64,000 bases of DNA, taken from positions 198,286-262,285 of the forward strand of contig CAVXLD010000001.1 of NCBI GenBank assembly GCA_963762565.1. Reading direction: 5' to 3'. This DNA comes from an uncultured Verrucomicrobiae bacterium. GTDB taxonomy: Bacteria; Verrucomicrobiota; Verrucomicrobiia; Chthoniobacterales; JAFAMB01. Shown here piece after piece: positions 9,652 through 19,077 of the stretch (position 1 is the first letter of the stretch; each line of letters opens with the position of its first letter). A model generated the notes under the pieces. That model had not been told where the DNA came from. It searched no databases and was given only the letters and a program-made list of their open reading frames with translations. A program made the position numbers and the translations under genes.

Positions 9652-9776
9652 CAGATAGCACTGGAGGGGAGCCGCCTGTTTTCACGTTTTTCGATCGCAG
9701 CTCGGGATCGGCGAAAATGTTGCGCGGTCGCGACGCACGCACCAAAGCGGCTCCCCTCCAGGCTATTGGCTATTTG
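9647..9776. repeat. Family B element, short form (B1) with AATAGCM arrays
   Basis: ggaggggagccgc (9663-9675) pairs with caaagcggctcccctcc (9743-9759). Flanks aatagcagatagca / ggctattggctatttg. Lacks the inner repeat pair. Confidence 0.8.
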
Positions 9777-9841
9777 AGAGCGAGCCTCAGACGAACTCCC
9801 GCCTTGCCCTGCCCTTGAATCCCTTCTAAGAATCTCGGCGC

Positions 9842-10591
9842 GTGAAACGGCTAGCTCTGGTCTTAATTTTTCAATGCTGCTTGCACTCTGCCATGGCGGC
9901 GAATCGCCTCCCTCCTTCGGTCCGGCAACTGATTGTCGGTATCGCTCCGGACTGGAATTCGATGACTGGCGAAATCCAGCTTTTACAGAAGAATGGCGAT
10001 ACCTGGAGCCAAGCATCTGTTCCGATCAAAGTTCTCTTCGGGAAGAACGGCTTAGCTTGGGGCCGAGGTGAAATCATCGGTTCAGGAGAAGGCCCCGAAA
10101 AGGTCGAGCGGGACAATCGGGCGCCCGCCGGAGTGTTCAAGATTGGGGTCATTTATACTTATGATCATGCCTTACCGCCAGGCGCCGACTACCCGTTTCA
10201 TACCGTTACCGCCGCGGACACGTGGGTCGATGATCTGAACAGCCCTTACTATAACCAGCACGTGGTGGTCGACCCTCGAAATCCACCGCCGTGGTATAAC
10301 AAGGCTAAGATGAGATTGGGAGACTTTGCCTATCACTGGCTGATCGAAATCCGGCATAACTCTGATCCTCCGGTGCCCGGGTTTGGGAGTGCTATCTTCT
10401 TTCATATCCGGCGTGGACCGACTCGACCTTCGGCGGGCTGCACCACCATGGCGGAATCGAATCTAGTGACGCTCGTGAAGTGGCTACGCGCAGCTGACGA
10501 ACCCCATTATGCCTGCCTGCCAAGAGCCGAATATCTGGCAAACTGGCAAGCCTGGGGACTGCCGGATCCGAAGGCGACAGGGCTGTTTTGA
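9842..10591 (+). CDS. L,D-transpeptidase (YkuD) family protein
   Basis: Signal peptide. The C-terminal catalytic pattern IFFHIRRGPTRPSAGCTTM matches H...S.GC. Confidence 0.7.
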   Translation: MKRLALVLIFQCCLHSAMAANRLPPSVRQLIVGIAPDWNSMTGEIQLLQKNGDTWSQASVPIKVLFGKNGLAWGRGEIIGSGEGPEKVERDNRAPAGVFKIGVIYTYDHALPPGADYPFHTVTAADTWVDDLNSPYYNQHVVVDPRNPPPWYNKAKMRLGDFAYHWLIEIRHNSDPPVPGFGSAIFFHIRRGPTRPSAGCTTMAESNLVTLVKWLRAADEPHYACLPRAEYLANWQAWGLPDPKATGLF

Positions 10592-10625
10592 GGTGGCCGG
10601 TGGGGTAAGGCGCGGGTTGCAATTC

Positions 10626-10747
10626 GGGAGGGCGCGCGTCCCCGCACGCCGCGAGGACGTGCCACAACTGATTGTGTATTTTCGCCGCCATAATTAACAT
10701 ACGCTGGACTTCGGTAACAACGGATCGCGAGGACGCGATCCCTCCCC
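10626..10747. repeat. Family C element, copy C2
   Basis: gggagggcgcgcgtccccgcacgccgcgagg ... ggatcgcgaggacgcgatccctcccc. Same orientation as C1. Confidence 0.85.
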
Positions 10748-10827
10748 AGGTTTTCGACCTGCATTTCCGTCCCAGCCCTACCAACTTTCCGGTTGAGCCC
10801 ATGCCGTCCGCATCAGACCGTTAACCA

Positions 10828-11637
10828 GTGACTCGGCCCACTAAAGAAAACAGCGTGCTGGTTTTGGTTGGTCACGGTTCGACCGTAAACCCGGACTCGA
10901 GTTTACCGACTTTTGTTCACGCGAATGAGATCCGGTCCCGGCGCATATTTTCTGAAGTCTACTGCGCTTTTTGGAAAGAAGAGCCCAGTCTGCGGGAAGT
11001 CCTCAGAATGGTGGAAGTACGAGACGTTTACATCGTCCCCAACTTTATTAGCGAAGGTTACTTTACGGCAAAAGTTATCCCACGAGAGTTGGAATTGACC
11101 GGGCCAATCACGATCAGGAACTACCAAACCCTCAAATATTGCGACCCAGTGGGTAATGATCCTCGAATGACCGATCTGTTGCTCCATCGGGCGGCTGACG
11201 TCGCCTGCGATGCACCACCTCATGATACTAGCCTTGTCATTGTCGCTCACGGCACGGGCCTTAACGAAAATTCAGCCGTTGCCGCTAAACGCCAAGTTGC
11301 TGCGATTCGAGACCGAGGAATTTATCCGGAAGTGGTTGCTGCCTTCATGGAAGAGCCTCCCGAGATTTCACAGTGGGCCAGCTTGACCACCCGGAGATAC
11401 GTCGTCGTCGTTCCATTCTTCATTTCGGATGGCCTGCACAGCTATCAAGACATTCCGGTGTTGCTTGGGATACAAAGCGAGAATTCAGCTCCGGCAAGCC
11501 AACAAGAAATTTTTCGACATAACCCCTATGAACTCCACAACCGCAAACTTTATTACGCGAGTGCGATCGGGACAGACCCGATGATGGCAGACATTATTCT
11601 GGATACCGTCGATCGGTTTGATCAGCAGCATGATTGA
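10828..11637 (+). CDS. CbiX/SirB-type sirohydrochlorin chelatase
   Basis: Two-lobed protein with VLVGHGSTVNPDSS and VIVAHGTGLNENS motifs typical of CbiX. Confidence 0.8.
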   Translation: MTRPTKENSVLVLVGHGSTVNPDSSLPTFVHANEIRSRRIFSEVYCAFWKEEPSLREVLRMVEVRDVYIVPNFISEGYFTAKVIPRELELTGPITIRNYQTLKYCDPVGNDPRMTDLLLHRAADVACDAPPHDTSLVIVAHGTGLNENSAVAAKRQVAAIRDRGIYPEVVAAFMEEPPEISQWASLTTRRYVVVVPFFISDGLHSYQDIPVLLGIQSENSAPASQQEIFRHNPYELHNRKLYYASAIGTDPMMADIILDTVDRFDQQHD

Positions 11638-12313
11638 AAGACTGCTCCAGGAACGCTTACGTCGCGGCATGATCAACCTTGGGGAGCTGGTAGTCCGGGA
11701 GGTTGAACCCGGGCGGTATCTGATCCGGCATTGGAAAGATGACCGACAGGAGCGAAAGCTGGCGGTTGAAACCCGGGCAATCGCTGCCCTAGAAATCGTC
11801 AGGTACGACGAGCAAGGGAATTATCGGCCACTCAAAGGGGCCCCAAACTTGCCGACCGGCTGGGAACTACGCCTCGAGTCGACGGCCGAGCTCAGACGAG
11901 CGATCGATTATTTTTATCCCGGCGCGTTCTCCACTTGGATCGCATTCAGCCGCGGCGAGATCGATCCGGTCGACCTCAGACAAACCCTTACCCGACAAAC
12001 CGGCATGTACCGCGTCACACACAAGCTAACCGGCTTACAGGCCGAAGAATTAGCAGGCCGGTTTTGCCGATCTAATTCAAGCTGTATTCGGACAATCCTT
12101 TGGACCATTGACGGGAAAGCCCCGGAAAAGTATCTGCCCAGCTCTAAATTTGATCCGCAGGCAGATCAGGTCGCCCCGCGTCGAGAGGATCGCGAAGAGG
12201 ATGGACGGAGCGGACCTCATCACGATCGGTCCGCAGTTCCCTTTCTGTGCACCGAAGCCTGCAATCTGTTTGTGGCCGAGGCCCGAAAAATCGTCAAGAT
12301 TCACTCCACATGA
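11618..12313 (+). CDS. Hypothetical Cys-rich protein, DR2241-like partner of CbiX
   Basis: Overlaps the cbiX end by 20 nt and the next gene by ATGA. Four Cys in the C-terminal part (CRSNSSC ... CTEAC). Family assignment comes from gene context and memory only. Confidence 0.35.
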   Translation: MISSMIERLLQERLRRGMINLGELVVREVEPGRYLIRHWKDDRQERKLAVETRAIAALEIVRYDEQGNYRPLKGAPNLPTGWELRLESTAELRRAIDYFYPGAFSTWIAFSRGEIDPVDLRQTLTRQTGMYRVTHKLTGLQAEELAGRFCRSNSSCIRTILWTIDGKAPEKYLPSSKFDPQADQVAPRREDREEDGRSGPHHDRSAVPFLCTEACNLFVAEARKIVKIHST

Positions 12314-13530
12314 CGCGATACCGGTGCCGCTGGCTAGTGACAATGCAGGGTGAGCCGCTGGAGAACGGGGCTTTTGCTATTGAAAATAACCGGTTCGTCG
12401 AGGTTGGACCCGCGTCCCAGCTACTAGACAGAGATTCCGGTGGATTTGTCGATCTCGGGGAATGTATCGTCCTGCCGGGTTTGATCAACGCGCATTGTCA
12501 CCTGGACTACAGCTCACTTCGGGGGAGCATTTTGCCGTCTCGAAACTTCCCCCAATGGATCAGCCGGATCAATTCGTTGAAACGGTCACTCAGTGGTGAC
12601 GATTACCTCGAAGCCATGGACCTTGGGTTCGCCGAACTGCGACGCTCAGGGGTCACCTCTGTATTCGATATTGTAGCCACTCCGCAGATCCTGCCCCGTC
12701 TAACGCCGCCTCGTATCCGAACGTGGTTTTTCCTGGAACTGATCGACATAAGACCGCGTCCTTGGATCGACGATAGCGCTTTTGGTTCGTGGTTATTTTT
12801 CGAGCCGAGCGATTGGCTCGGTGGCTTCGGTCTGAGCCCGCATGCGCCGTACACCGCTTCGGCCGAACTCTATTCAGCTGCGCTAGCTGCTGCACACAAT
12901 TTCAAAATGCCGTTCACGACTCATGTCTCAGAATCGGCGTCGGAATACGAAATGTTTGCCAAGGGCAAAGGTGATCTGTTTGATTTCCTGAGCAAAATGA
13001 ACCGGCCCATGACCGATTGCGGCCGGCTCTCGCCCTTCCGAGCGTTAGCGTTGTCCGGTCTCTTACCGAAAGACGCTTTATTAGTTCATATGAACGAACT
13101 GGATGAAGCAGATCTGGAGATTCTCGGTCGTGACGAGTGGCGGTCCCTTTCCATCGTTAATTGTCCAAAGAGTAGTCGTTTTCTGCATCACCGGCAGTTC
13201 CCCATGCAGGCCTTGCGAGAACGAGGCTTCAACATCTGTCTAGGAACCGACAGTTTGGCCAGCAACGATTCTTTGAATTTATTCGCAGAAATGCGGATGG
13301 CGGCACGAAATCATGATTTCGTGAGCCCAAAGGAACTGTTAGAAATGGTAACAGTGAGGCCCGCCCGCGCGATTGGTTTGGAGGGATCACTAGGGCAGAT
13401 CGCACCCGGGTATCTGGCAGATGCTATCAGTATTCCTTTTGGCGGTGGTTATCGGAGCATTTATGAGGAAATCATTGATTACCGGGACGATGTATTATGG
13501 ATGATGGTCGATGGAAAACAGGTAGCTTAG
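12310..13530 (+). CDS. Amidohydrolase family protein (MtaD/chlorohydrolase/aminofutalosine deaminase-like)
   Basis: PGLINAHCHLDYS metal-binding motif, HVSES and GTDSLASN motifs. The ATG at 12310 overlaps the upstream stop (ATGA). Confidence 0.75.
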   Translation: MTRYRCRWLVTMQGEPLENGAFAIENNRFVEVGPASQLLDRDSGGFVDLGECIVLPGLINAHCHLDYSSLRGSILPSRNFPQWISRINSLKRSLSGDDYLEAMDLGFAELRRSGVTSVFDIVATPQILPRLTPPRIRTWFFLELIDIRPRPWIDDSAFGSWLFFEPSDWLGGFGLSPHAPYTASAELYSAALAAAHNFKMPFTTHVSESASEYEMFAKGKGDLFDFLSKMNRPMTDCGRLSPFRALALSGLLPKDALLVHMNELDEADLEILGRDEWRSLSIVNCPKSSRFLHHRQFPMQALRERGFNICLGTDSLASNDSLNLFAEMRMAARNHDFVSPKELLEMVTVRPARAIGLEGSLGQIAPGYLADAISIPFGGGYRSIYEEIIDYRDDVLWMMVDGKQVA

Positions 13531-14381
13531 CCCTGGCGGCTCTGCTGACGTTCTTAGTGCAAGGCGCGAGATCCCAGGATTTGTCTTTGGCCGCCCAAAG
13601 CGCAGCCGTGGTTGATTCTTACTCCGGCGAATTTCTTTACACGAAAAACGCCGATGCCAAAGAATACCCGGCGAGCTCCACCAAGATTTTGACGGCGCTG
13701 ATCGTGATCGAGGCTGGCAATCTTGACCAAGTGGTAACGGTGGCTCCGGAAGATACCAAGGTCGAACCTAGCAGCCTCGATCTGAAACCGGGACAACAAT
13801 TTACGCGGCGCCAACTACTCTTCGGCATGCTGCTCAAGAGCGCCAATGACGTTGCCATGTGCTTAGCCAGAGATAATGCCGGTTCCGTCCCTGCGTTCGC
13901 CGAAAAGATGAATTTGCGGGCAGCCGAACTAGGAGCAACCTCCAGTCATTTTGTTAATCCACACGGCCTCCATGATCCCAATCACTATACGACGGCTCAT
14001 GATCTGGTCCTCATCGCGCGCGCAGCGATGCAACAGCCGCTGTTCCGTCAGATTGTTTCAACTATCTACTACACTTGGCGAACTCCCAACGGCGAAGTGG
14101 ACCAGCTACGCAACCATAACCGGTTACTCCGGCATTTCGCAGGCTGTAACGGGCTGAAAACCGGTTATACCCGGGCCGCACAGCAGGTTCTGGTGAGCTC
14201 CGCTTTGCGGGGTGGTCACGAGGTGGTCGCGGTTGTGCTTCATACCGACAAACCCGGCATCTGGGTCGATAGCAAGACCCTCTTGACCTACGGACTTATT
14301 AAGGTGGGGTGTCCAGCGGAGGATATTGTGGACACCACTGACCGGGTCGACGAGCCGGGCGATGCGGACGAAGGGAAGTGA
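13497..14381 (+). CDS. D-alanyl-D-alanine carboxypeptidase (S11, PBP5/6-like)
   Basis: Signal peptide. SSTK (SxxK), SAND (SxN) and KTG motifs. Confidence 0.85.
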   Translation: MDDGRWKTGSLALAALLTFLVQGARSQDLSLAAQSAAVVDSYSGEFLYTKNADAKEYPASSTKILTALIVIEAGNLDQVVTVAPEDTKVEPSSLDLKPGQQFTRRQLLFGMLLKSANDVAMCLARDNAGSVPAFAEKMNLRAAELGATSSHFVNPHGLHDPNHYTTAHDLVLIARAAMQQPLFRQIVSTIYYTWRTPNGEVDQLRNHNRLLRHFAGCNGLKTGYTRAAQQVLVSSALRGGHEVVAVVLHTDKPGIWVDSKTLLTYGLIKVGCPAEDIVDTTDRVDEPGDADEGK

Positions 14382-14420
14382 CTTTGGCGTTTGGCGTGTC
14401 GGCGGACGGGACCGCAATTT

Positions 14421-14701
14421 GGTGGGGCGAGGCTCCCGAACGGAAGATGTACTTTCACAGCGCCCCTCGCTGAACCTCATGAGTTGTCGGCAACACCGAT
14501 GGACCGCCGAGCCGTCGGTCTGCAGCGTTTCAATACCCCGTTAGAATGAAGAACGTGCGTAGCAGATGCTTCAGATGCGCTGATTAGTTGTACGCGCTGG
14601 GACGCGGCTCGGCACGCCAATCGGCGAAACCTCGCGCGCAGTTTCGCAAAATCGAGCCTCTTTGTCGGAGATTTTAGGTCACTCGGGAGCCTCGCCCCAC
14701 C
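14421..14701. repeat. Family A element, copy A1 (281 nt)
   Basis: TIRs ggtggggcgaggctcccgaa (14421-14440) / tcgggagcctcgccccacc (14683-14701). Internal gccgagccg (14506-14514) / cggctcggc (14605-14613). GGCGTTT units on the left flank (14384-14405). Confidence 0.9.
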
Positions 14702-14847
14702 AACGTTGGGCCGCTACACGCGGATGCTCACAGATTCTTCCTCCGCATCCCATGCCGTAACCGACTCAAAATCAAGCAATTGCGTCTATTACGGCGACCC
14801 CCTTGCAGTTTCTGTGCCACTCTCCTACTATTCACTCACGACAACTT

Positions 14848-16254
14848 ATGCCCGGCCCAGGAATGCAACAGATACAAGGGATAGGACTGCAGCAAGTTCT
14901 TGCTCCGCAGCTGCAGCAAAGTTTGCAAATTCTGCAGGCCCCCACCCTGGAGCTCAAGAATATCGTCCAACAGGAGCTTCAAACGAACCCCGTCCTCGAG
15001 GAGGACCCAAGCGTTGAAGAAGCCGAGGACCGATCCTCAGACGAAGCTGATTTTCAGGAAGAATTCGAGAAGCTGGCAAAGCTGGATGAAGAATGGCGAG
15101 ATTATATGGCGCAGAACGTCTCTTACTCTGGGCGAAGCCAGGAAGACGAAGAGCGCCGCCAGTTTTTCCTCGACTCTCTCGCGAATCAGGAAACGCTCCA
15201 GCAGCATCTATTGGAGCAGCTGAACACTGCTGATATCGATGCGAAGAAACGAAAAGCCGCCGAGCTCCTGATCGGTAACATTGATGATGTTGGCTTTCTT
15301 TCGGCTCCCCTGGACGAGATCGCCAATCTTTCCGGGACCCCGATAGAAGATTTGCTGGAAGCCCTCGAACTGCTGCAAACCTTCCATCCCGTTGGGGTCG
15401 GCGCTCGAGACCTTAGAGATTGCCTCCTCATCCAGTTGCGACGGGTCGGAAAGGCCCAGAGCCTTGAATACCAGATCGTCGACCAATATCTCGATGACCT
15501 GGGCCGTAAGCGGTATCCGGACATTGCCAGACGTCTTGGGGTGACCGTCGACCAAGTGCAAAAGGGGGCCAATTTCATTGCCACTCTTGACCCAAAACCG
15601 GGTCAGATTTTTTCACCGGAACCCAACAGCTACGTACTGCCAGATGTGGTGGTCGAAAAAGTCGGTGATGAGTATGTGGTCTCTCTCACCGGCGATCAAA
15701 TCCCTCATCTGAGGATCAATAAAACGTATCGAGATTTGATGACGCAGGGTCGCAACGGAGGCGAAGTCAGAGACTACATCCGAGAGAAAATCAGGAGCGG
15801 AAAGTTCCTAATAAAGAGTATCCACCAGCGGCAACAGACCATCCTGAATATCGCGAACGAGATCGTCAAACGGCAACGCGATTTTCTTGATTATGGAACG
15901 GCCTTTCTTAAGCCAATGACGATGGTGCAAATCGCGGACACGGTGGGTGTACACGAGACCACGGTCAGCCGGGCAATCTCAGGCAAGTACATCGCGACGC
16001 CACAAGGGGTTGTGGAAATGAAGTTTTTCTTCACCCCGGGCTATCAGACCTACGACGGCGTCGCTCTAAGCAACACCAGCGTAAAGGAAACCATTGGGGA
16101 TTTGGTTCGCAATGAGGACACTCGCATGCCGCTGAGTGACAAAGAAATTGTGGAAATCCTCTCAGAACGAGGTATCCCAATAGCGCGTCGGACCGTCGCC
16201 AAGTACAGGGCCGAGCTGAACATTCTTCCCAGCAATCTGCGAAAACAATTTTAG
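14848..16254 (+). CDS. rpoN: RNA polymerase sigma-54 factor
   Basis: Gln/Leu-rich region I (LQQVLAPQLQQSLQILQ), acidic region II, and a C-terminal HTH plus RpoN box ARRTVAKYR. Alternative start at 14863. Confidence 0.95.
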   Translation: MPGPGMQQIQGIGLQQVLAPQLQQSLQILQAPTLELKNIVQQELQTNPVLEEDPSVEEAEDRSSDEADFQEEFEKLAKLDEEWRDYMAQNVSYSGRSQEDEERRQFFLDSLANQETLQQHLLEQLNTADIDAKKRKAAELLIGNIDDVGFLSAPLDEIANLSGTPIEDLLEALELLQTFHPVGVGARDLRDCLLIQLRRVGKAQSLEYQIVDQYLDDLGRKRYPDIARRLGVTVDQVQKGANFIATLDPKPGQIFSPEPNSYVLPDVVVEKVGDEYVVSLTGDQIPHLRINKTYRDLMTQGRNGGEVRDYIREKIRSGKFLIKSIHQRQQTILNIANEIVKRQRDFLDYGTAFLKPMTMVQIADTVGVHETTVSRAISGKYIATPQGVVEMKFFFTPGYQTYDGVALSNTSVKETIGDLVRNEDTRMPLSDKEIVEILSERGIPIARRTVAKYRAELNILPSNLRKQF

Positions 16255-17019
16255 GTGCGAATTCTAATCGTTCTTCTATGGATAGGGGTATTCACGTCGT
16301 CATTAGCCAAGGAAGCCCAATTTCGTTTTCCTCAAGACACGTTCTCTTTCTCGAATAACCTCTACTTCGATTATCATCCGGATCAGTCAGGGCACATCAT
16401 CATCAGCCGCCGGGCCCCGGGGAAGATCCCGGATTACTCACGTCATTGCTTCGCCCTAGTACGGTCGGTCCTGCAGTTTAGCCGGTTCGCCGAGTTCGAT
16501 CCTAAACTCCCGAAGGTTAGCGAAGAGGAATATCGGCAAAGGGTCCTCCGATTAGACCGATACGCTCCATACGGGCCTGGTCCGGCCAAGAAAATTGTGT
16601 TTCCCGGATATCCGAATCTTTACCAGTTCTCGGCCCATCACACCCTGATGCTACAAAAGAACCTCGGCCTATGGTGGCCGGGATATTGGCGGGTGGGCAA
16701 CTGGCGAATCGTGTTTCCGGCTCCTCGTTCCGGTCAAGAACAGTTTGCGCAATGGTTACGCCAACATCTTGACACAGGCCAGATCGAAGCCGTGTACATC
16801 ACACGATTTCGGCCGATCAACCATTGTTTAGTAGCCTACCGTTATACCACCGAACGAAATAGCGACCTGTTATTCTTTGTCTACGACGTCAACCAACCGG
16901 GAAAGATAGTTCATCTGCGGTATCACGTGGCCAATCGAAGCTTCTATTTTGACCCGAGCTGGTATTACGCCGGAGGGTTAGTTTCCGCCATGAAGTTGTA
17001 CGTCTCGCCGCTGATGTAA
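16255..17019 (+). CDS. Hypothetical secreted protein
   Basis: The GTG start abuts the rpoN stop. N-terminal signal peptide MRILIVLLWIGVFTSSLA. No domain recognised. Confidence 0.5.
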   Translation: MRILIVLLWIGVFTSSLAKEAQFRFPQDTFSFSNNLYFDYHPDQSGHIIISRRAPGKIPDYSRHCFALVRSVLQFSRFAEFDPKLPKVSEEEYRQRVLRLDRYAPYGPGPAKKIVFPGYPNLYQFSAHHTLMLQKNLGLWWPGYWRVGNWRIVFPAPRSGQEQFAQWLRQHLDTGQIEAVYITRFRPINHCLVAYRYTTERNSDLLFFVYDVNQPGKIVHLRYHVANRSFYFDPSWYYAGGLVSAMKLYVSPLM

Positions 17020-17034
17020 GGGGCCAGAAAAGTT

Positions 17035-17270
17035 GGTGGGGCGAGGCTCCGGAACTACGATTTTGTGTTCACAGGGGAGTTGATGCACTTAACCCAGCGC
17101 TCACAATTTCGATACGCTGCCGAGCCGCTGTTCTGTCGTGTGGCCGGCACCTTATTCCATGGGAGATCAGGGGAATCGGCTCGGCGGTCCTTCCGGCCTA
17201 ACGTTGCGTCCGGCGTCAAATCATCGAGGTCTCCGATATAGCGTCCGGTCTTTCGGGAGCCTCGCCCCAC
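17035..17270. repeat. Family A element, copy A2 (236 nt)
   Basis: TIRs 17035-17054 / 17252-17270. Internal 9-mers 17119-17127 / 17177-17185. Followed by cgtttcgcccattcg units. Confidence 0.9.
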
Positions 17271-17412
17271 TAATGCCCGCCGTTTCGCCCATTCGTTGCG
17301 TTTTGGTGGTTACAGTAATTGTTGCGTTCTTTCCGGTAGAAAAATCGGGAAAAGCAAGATAAAAATATAACGCCATCTCCCGCAGGCGTGTTATCATAAA
17401 GGCGATTGTATC

Positions 17413-19044
17413 ATGTCTTTCTTCTCCTGGTTCAGGTCGAAATCGGATAAATCAGAGCAAGATGAGTTGGAGTTGAAGGGTTCGAACGAGTCTCCAGAAA
17501 GGCAGGCTGATCCCGAACACCCTCCATTTCAATCGTCGCGCGTACCCCCGCCGCGTCTCCGGGAAACAGTCCCCGGAAGTAGGTCAAAAACGGCATCACC
17601 GGTTGAGCCAAGTACCGAGACCAAAGAAGGCTTCCGTCGCCCGGTACGAGCGACCGTGGACGTACCGTTGCAAGCGTTGCTCTTACAACTGCCACCGGAA
17701 GTAACTAAATCTAACATTGATATCGACCCAAAACGTCGGGTGCAAATTCCCCGTAAATCGGTGCAAATTGATGAAGCGCACCAGACAGCAAAGGTTACTT
17801 TCGCTACCCTTTTTGCATCCTGCCCAGAAATTTTCTCGGCGCCAATTGCTCCTCTCGATCAGCGAACCCTCGATTTTAATCTCCCTGCTTGGGAAAGATC
17901 AAGATCAGCGGACTCAGGCGAACGAACGACCAGCCCAACCGCGAAGACGAAGAGCGAATCGCCAGCTCCACCCGATCGGTTGACTCCTGTCGCTGGCGAA
18001 AGGTTGCGTGGGGAAAAACCACCGATTCCCAGCCCTGAGAAGCCCGACGAAGCGCACCTGGGAGGTGCTGCCCGAAACGGTTCTGAGGTCCCGAAAACCG
18101 TGCGCGTGGCACTCGGCCCAATCATCAAGAATCTGCCGCCAGAGCTGCAGCCTTCGGAACCAAACGCGCTCGCTAACAAACCGGGGGCCACAATCGAACT
18201 CCCGTTGGCATTGATTAACTCTCAACTCGCAAATGGCCGGGTAACAATCCCCTTTTCAGCGTTGTTGCAATCGTTGCCGGAAGACGTGAAGAGCCATTTT
18301 CCACAGGCCGATACGACTGCGGAAGTTACCATCCCGATTAAAGAAATTCTGCAAGACTATCCGCAGGATCTATTGCGTCCACGAGCGGATCAAGAACCAG
18401 AAGAGGTTCTACCAGCAATATCGACCCCTTTCACCGGTCCAGCGAAAGAGGATACCGAACGTTTTGCCCACGCTCCAGAACAGCCAGAAACCGAGAAGCT
18501 GGCTACCGACAGTCATCAACTCGAGCTTATCGAACACCCGGTAACACCAAGCGATTCACCACAGCCTGTATCTAAGGAATCATCGGTTGCCGAGGCGCCT
18601 TCGGTTGTCGAGGAAAAACCGGCCACAGAGGCAGCACCAACCGTTCAAGCCAAGCCGGCACCTAACTTCTCAGCACTGCAGTCTGTATTTTTAACGGATG
18701 AAGCATTGGACTTGAACAAGGTTGTTCAAAAAGTGGGCCAGCTTCCGGGGATAAATTCTGCCCTGTTTTTTGCAGCAGACGGCAGTCTCGAAGGTGAACC
18801 AGAAAAACTGGGCCTTACTCAATCATCGGTGCAATTGCTTTCCAGCCTTACCCACGAGATTGGACAACGCGTCGAGAATTTGGGGTTCGGTCAAATCGAA
18901 ACCGTCACGCTCGGTTGGAAGCGGGAACTGGTCAGCGTTTTCACCAGGGGCGAGTCCGGCTTTGTCGTCCGTCATGAAAAGAGGCCTTTCAGGCCGGGGG
19001 TGCGTGAGAAGATCTGTCTGGTTCTCAGCCACATCTGCAGCTGA
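17413..19044 (+). CDS. Roadblock/LC7 (MglB-like) domain protein with long disordered N-terminal extension
   Basis: The C-terminal ~115 aa (about nt 18685-19044) look like a roadblock fold: VGQLPGINSALFFAADGSLEG...ETVTLGWKRELVSVFTRGESGFVV. The N-terminal ~420 aa are P/E/S-rich with a recurring (V/I)x(I/L)P...LLxxLPxxL motif. It lies directly upstream of mglA. Confidence 0.6.
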   Translation: MSFFSWFRSKSDKSEQDELELKGSNESPERQADPEHPPFQSSRVPPPRLRETVPGSRSKTASPVEPSTETKEGFRRPVRATVDVPLQALLLQLPPEVTKSNIDIDPKRRVQIPRKSVQIDEAHQTAKVTFATLFASCPEIFSAPIAPLDQRTLDFNLPAWERSRSADSGERTTSPTAKTKSESPAPPDRLTPVAGERLRGEKPPIPSPEKPDEAHLGGAARNGSEVPKTVRVALGPIIKNLPPELQPSEPNALANKPGATIELPLALINSQLANGRVTIPFSALLQSLPEDVKSHFPQADTTAEVTIPIKEILQDYPQDLLRPRADQEPEEVLPAISTPFTGPAKEDTERFAHAPEQPETEKLATDSHQLELIEHPVTPSDSPQPVSKESSVAEAPSVVEEKPATEAAPTVQAKPAPNFSALQSVFLTDEALDLNKVVQKVGQLPGINSALFFAADGSLEGEPEKLGLTQSSVQLLSSLTHEIGQRVENLGFGQIETVTLGWKRELVSVFTRGESGFVVRHEKRPFRPGVREKICLVLSHICS

Positions 19045-19077
19045 CTGCGGTTTGCAAGAACCTAGGAAGTTTGGCGA

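Noticed and set aside
10592-10827. A cobalamin or other riboswitch upstream of cbiX
   Set aside because: The region is accounted for by family C copy C2, which recurs at unrelated loci (6910-7027 and 39775-39897). I see no B12-box-like sequence.
14421-14701. Family A elements as integron attC sites or gene-cassette boundaries
   Set aside because: attC sites are imperfect palindromes with variable centres, which is superficially similar. However, there is no intI gene and no cassette-like array of promoterless ORFs. The flanking genes are core housekeeping genes in both orientations.
14421-14701. Family A/B/E elements as plain Rho-independent terminators
   Set aside because: The terminal stems are not followed by U-tracts on either strand. 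The elements are 130-300 nt long with conserved internal motifs. Several lie in divergent promoter regions (4331-4532, 29689-29892, 53728-53886) where a terminator has no role. A contribution to termination is not excluded.
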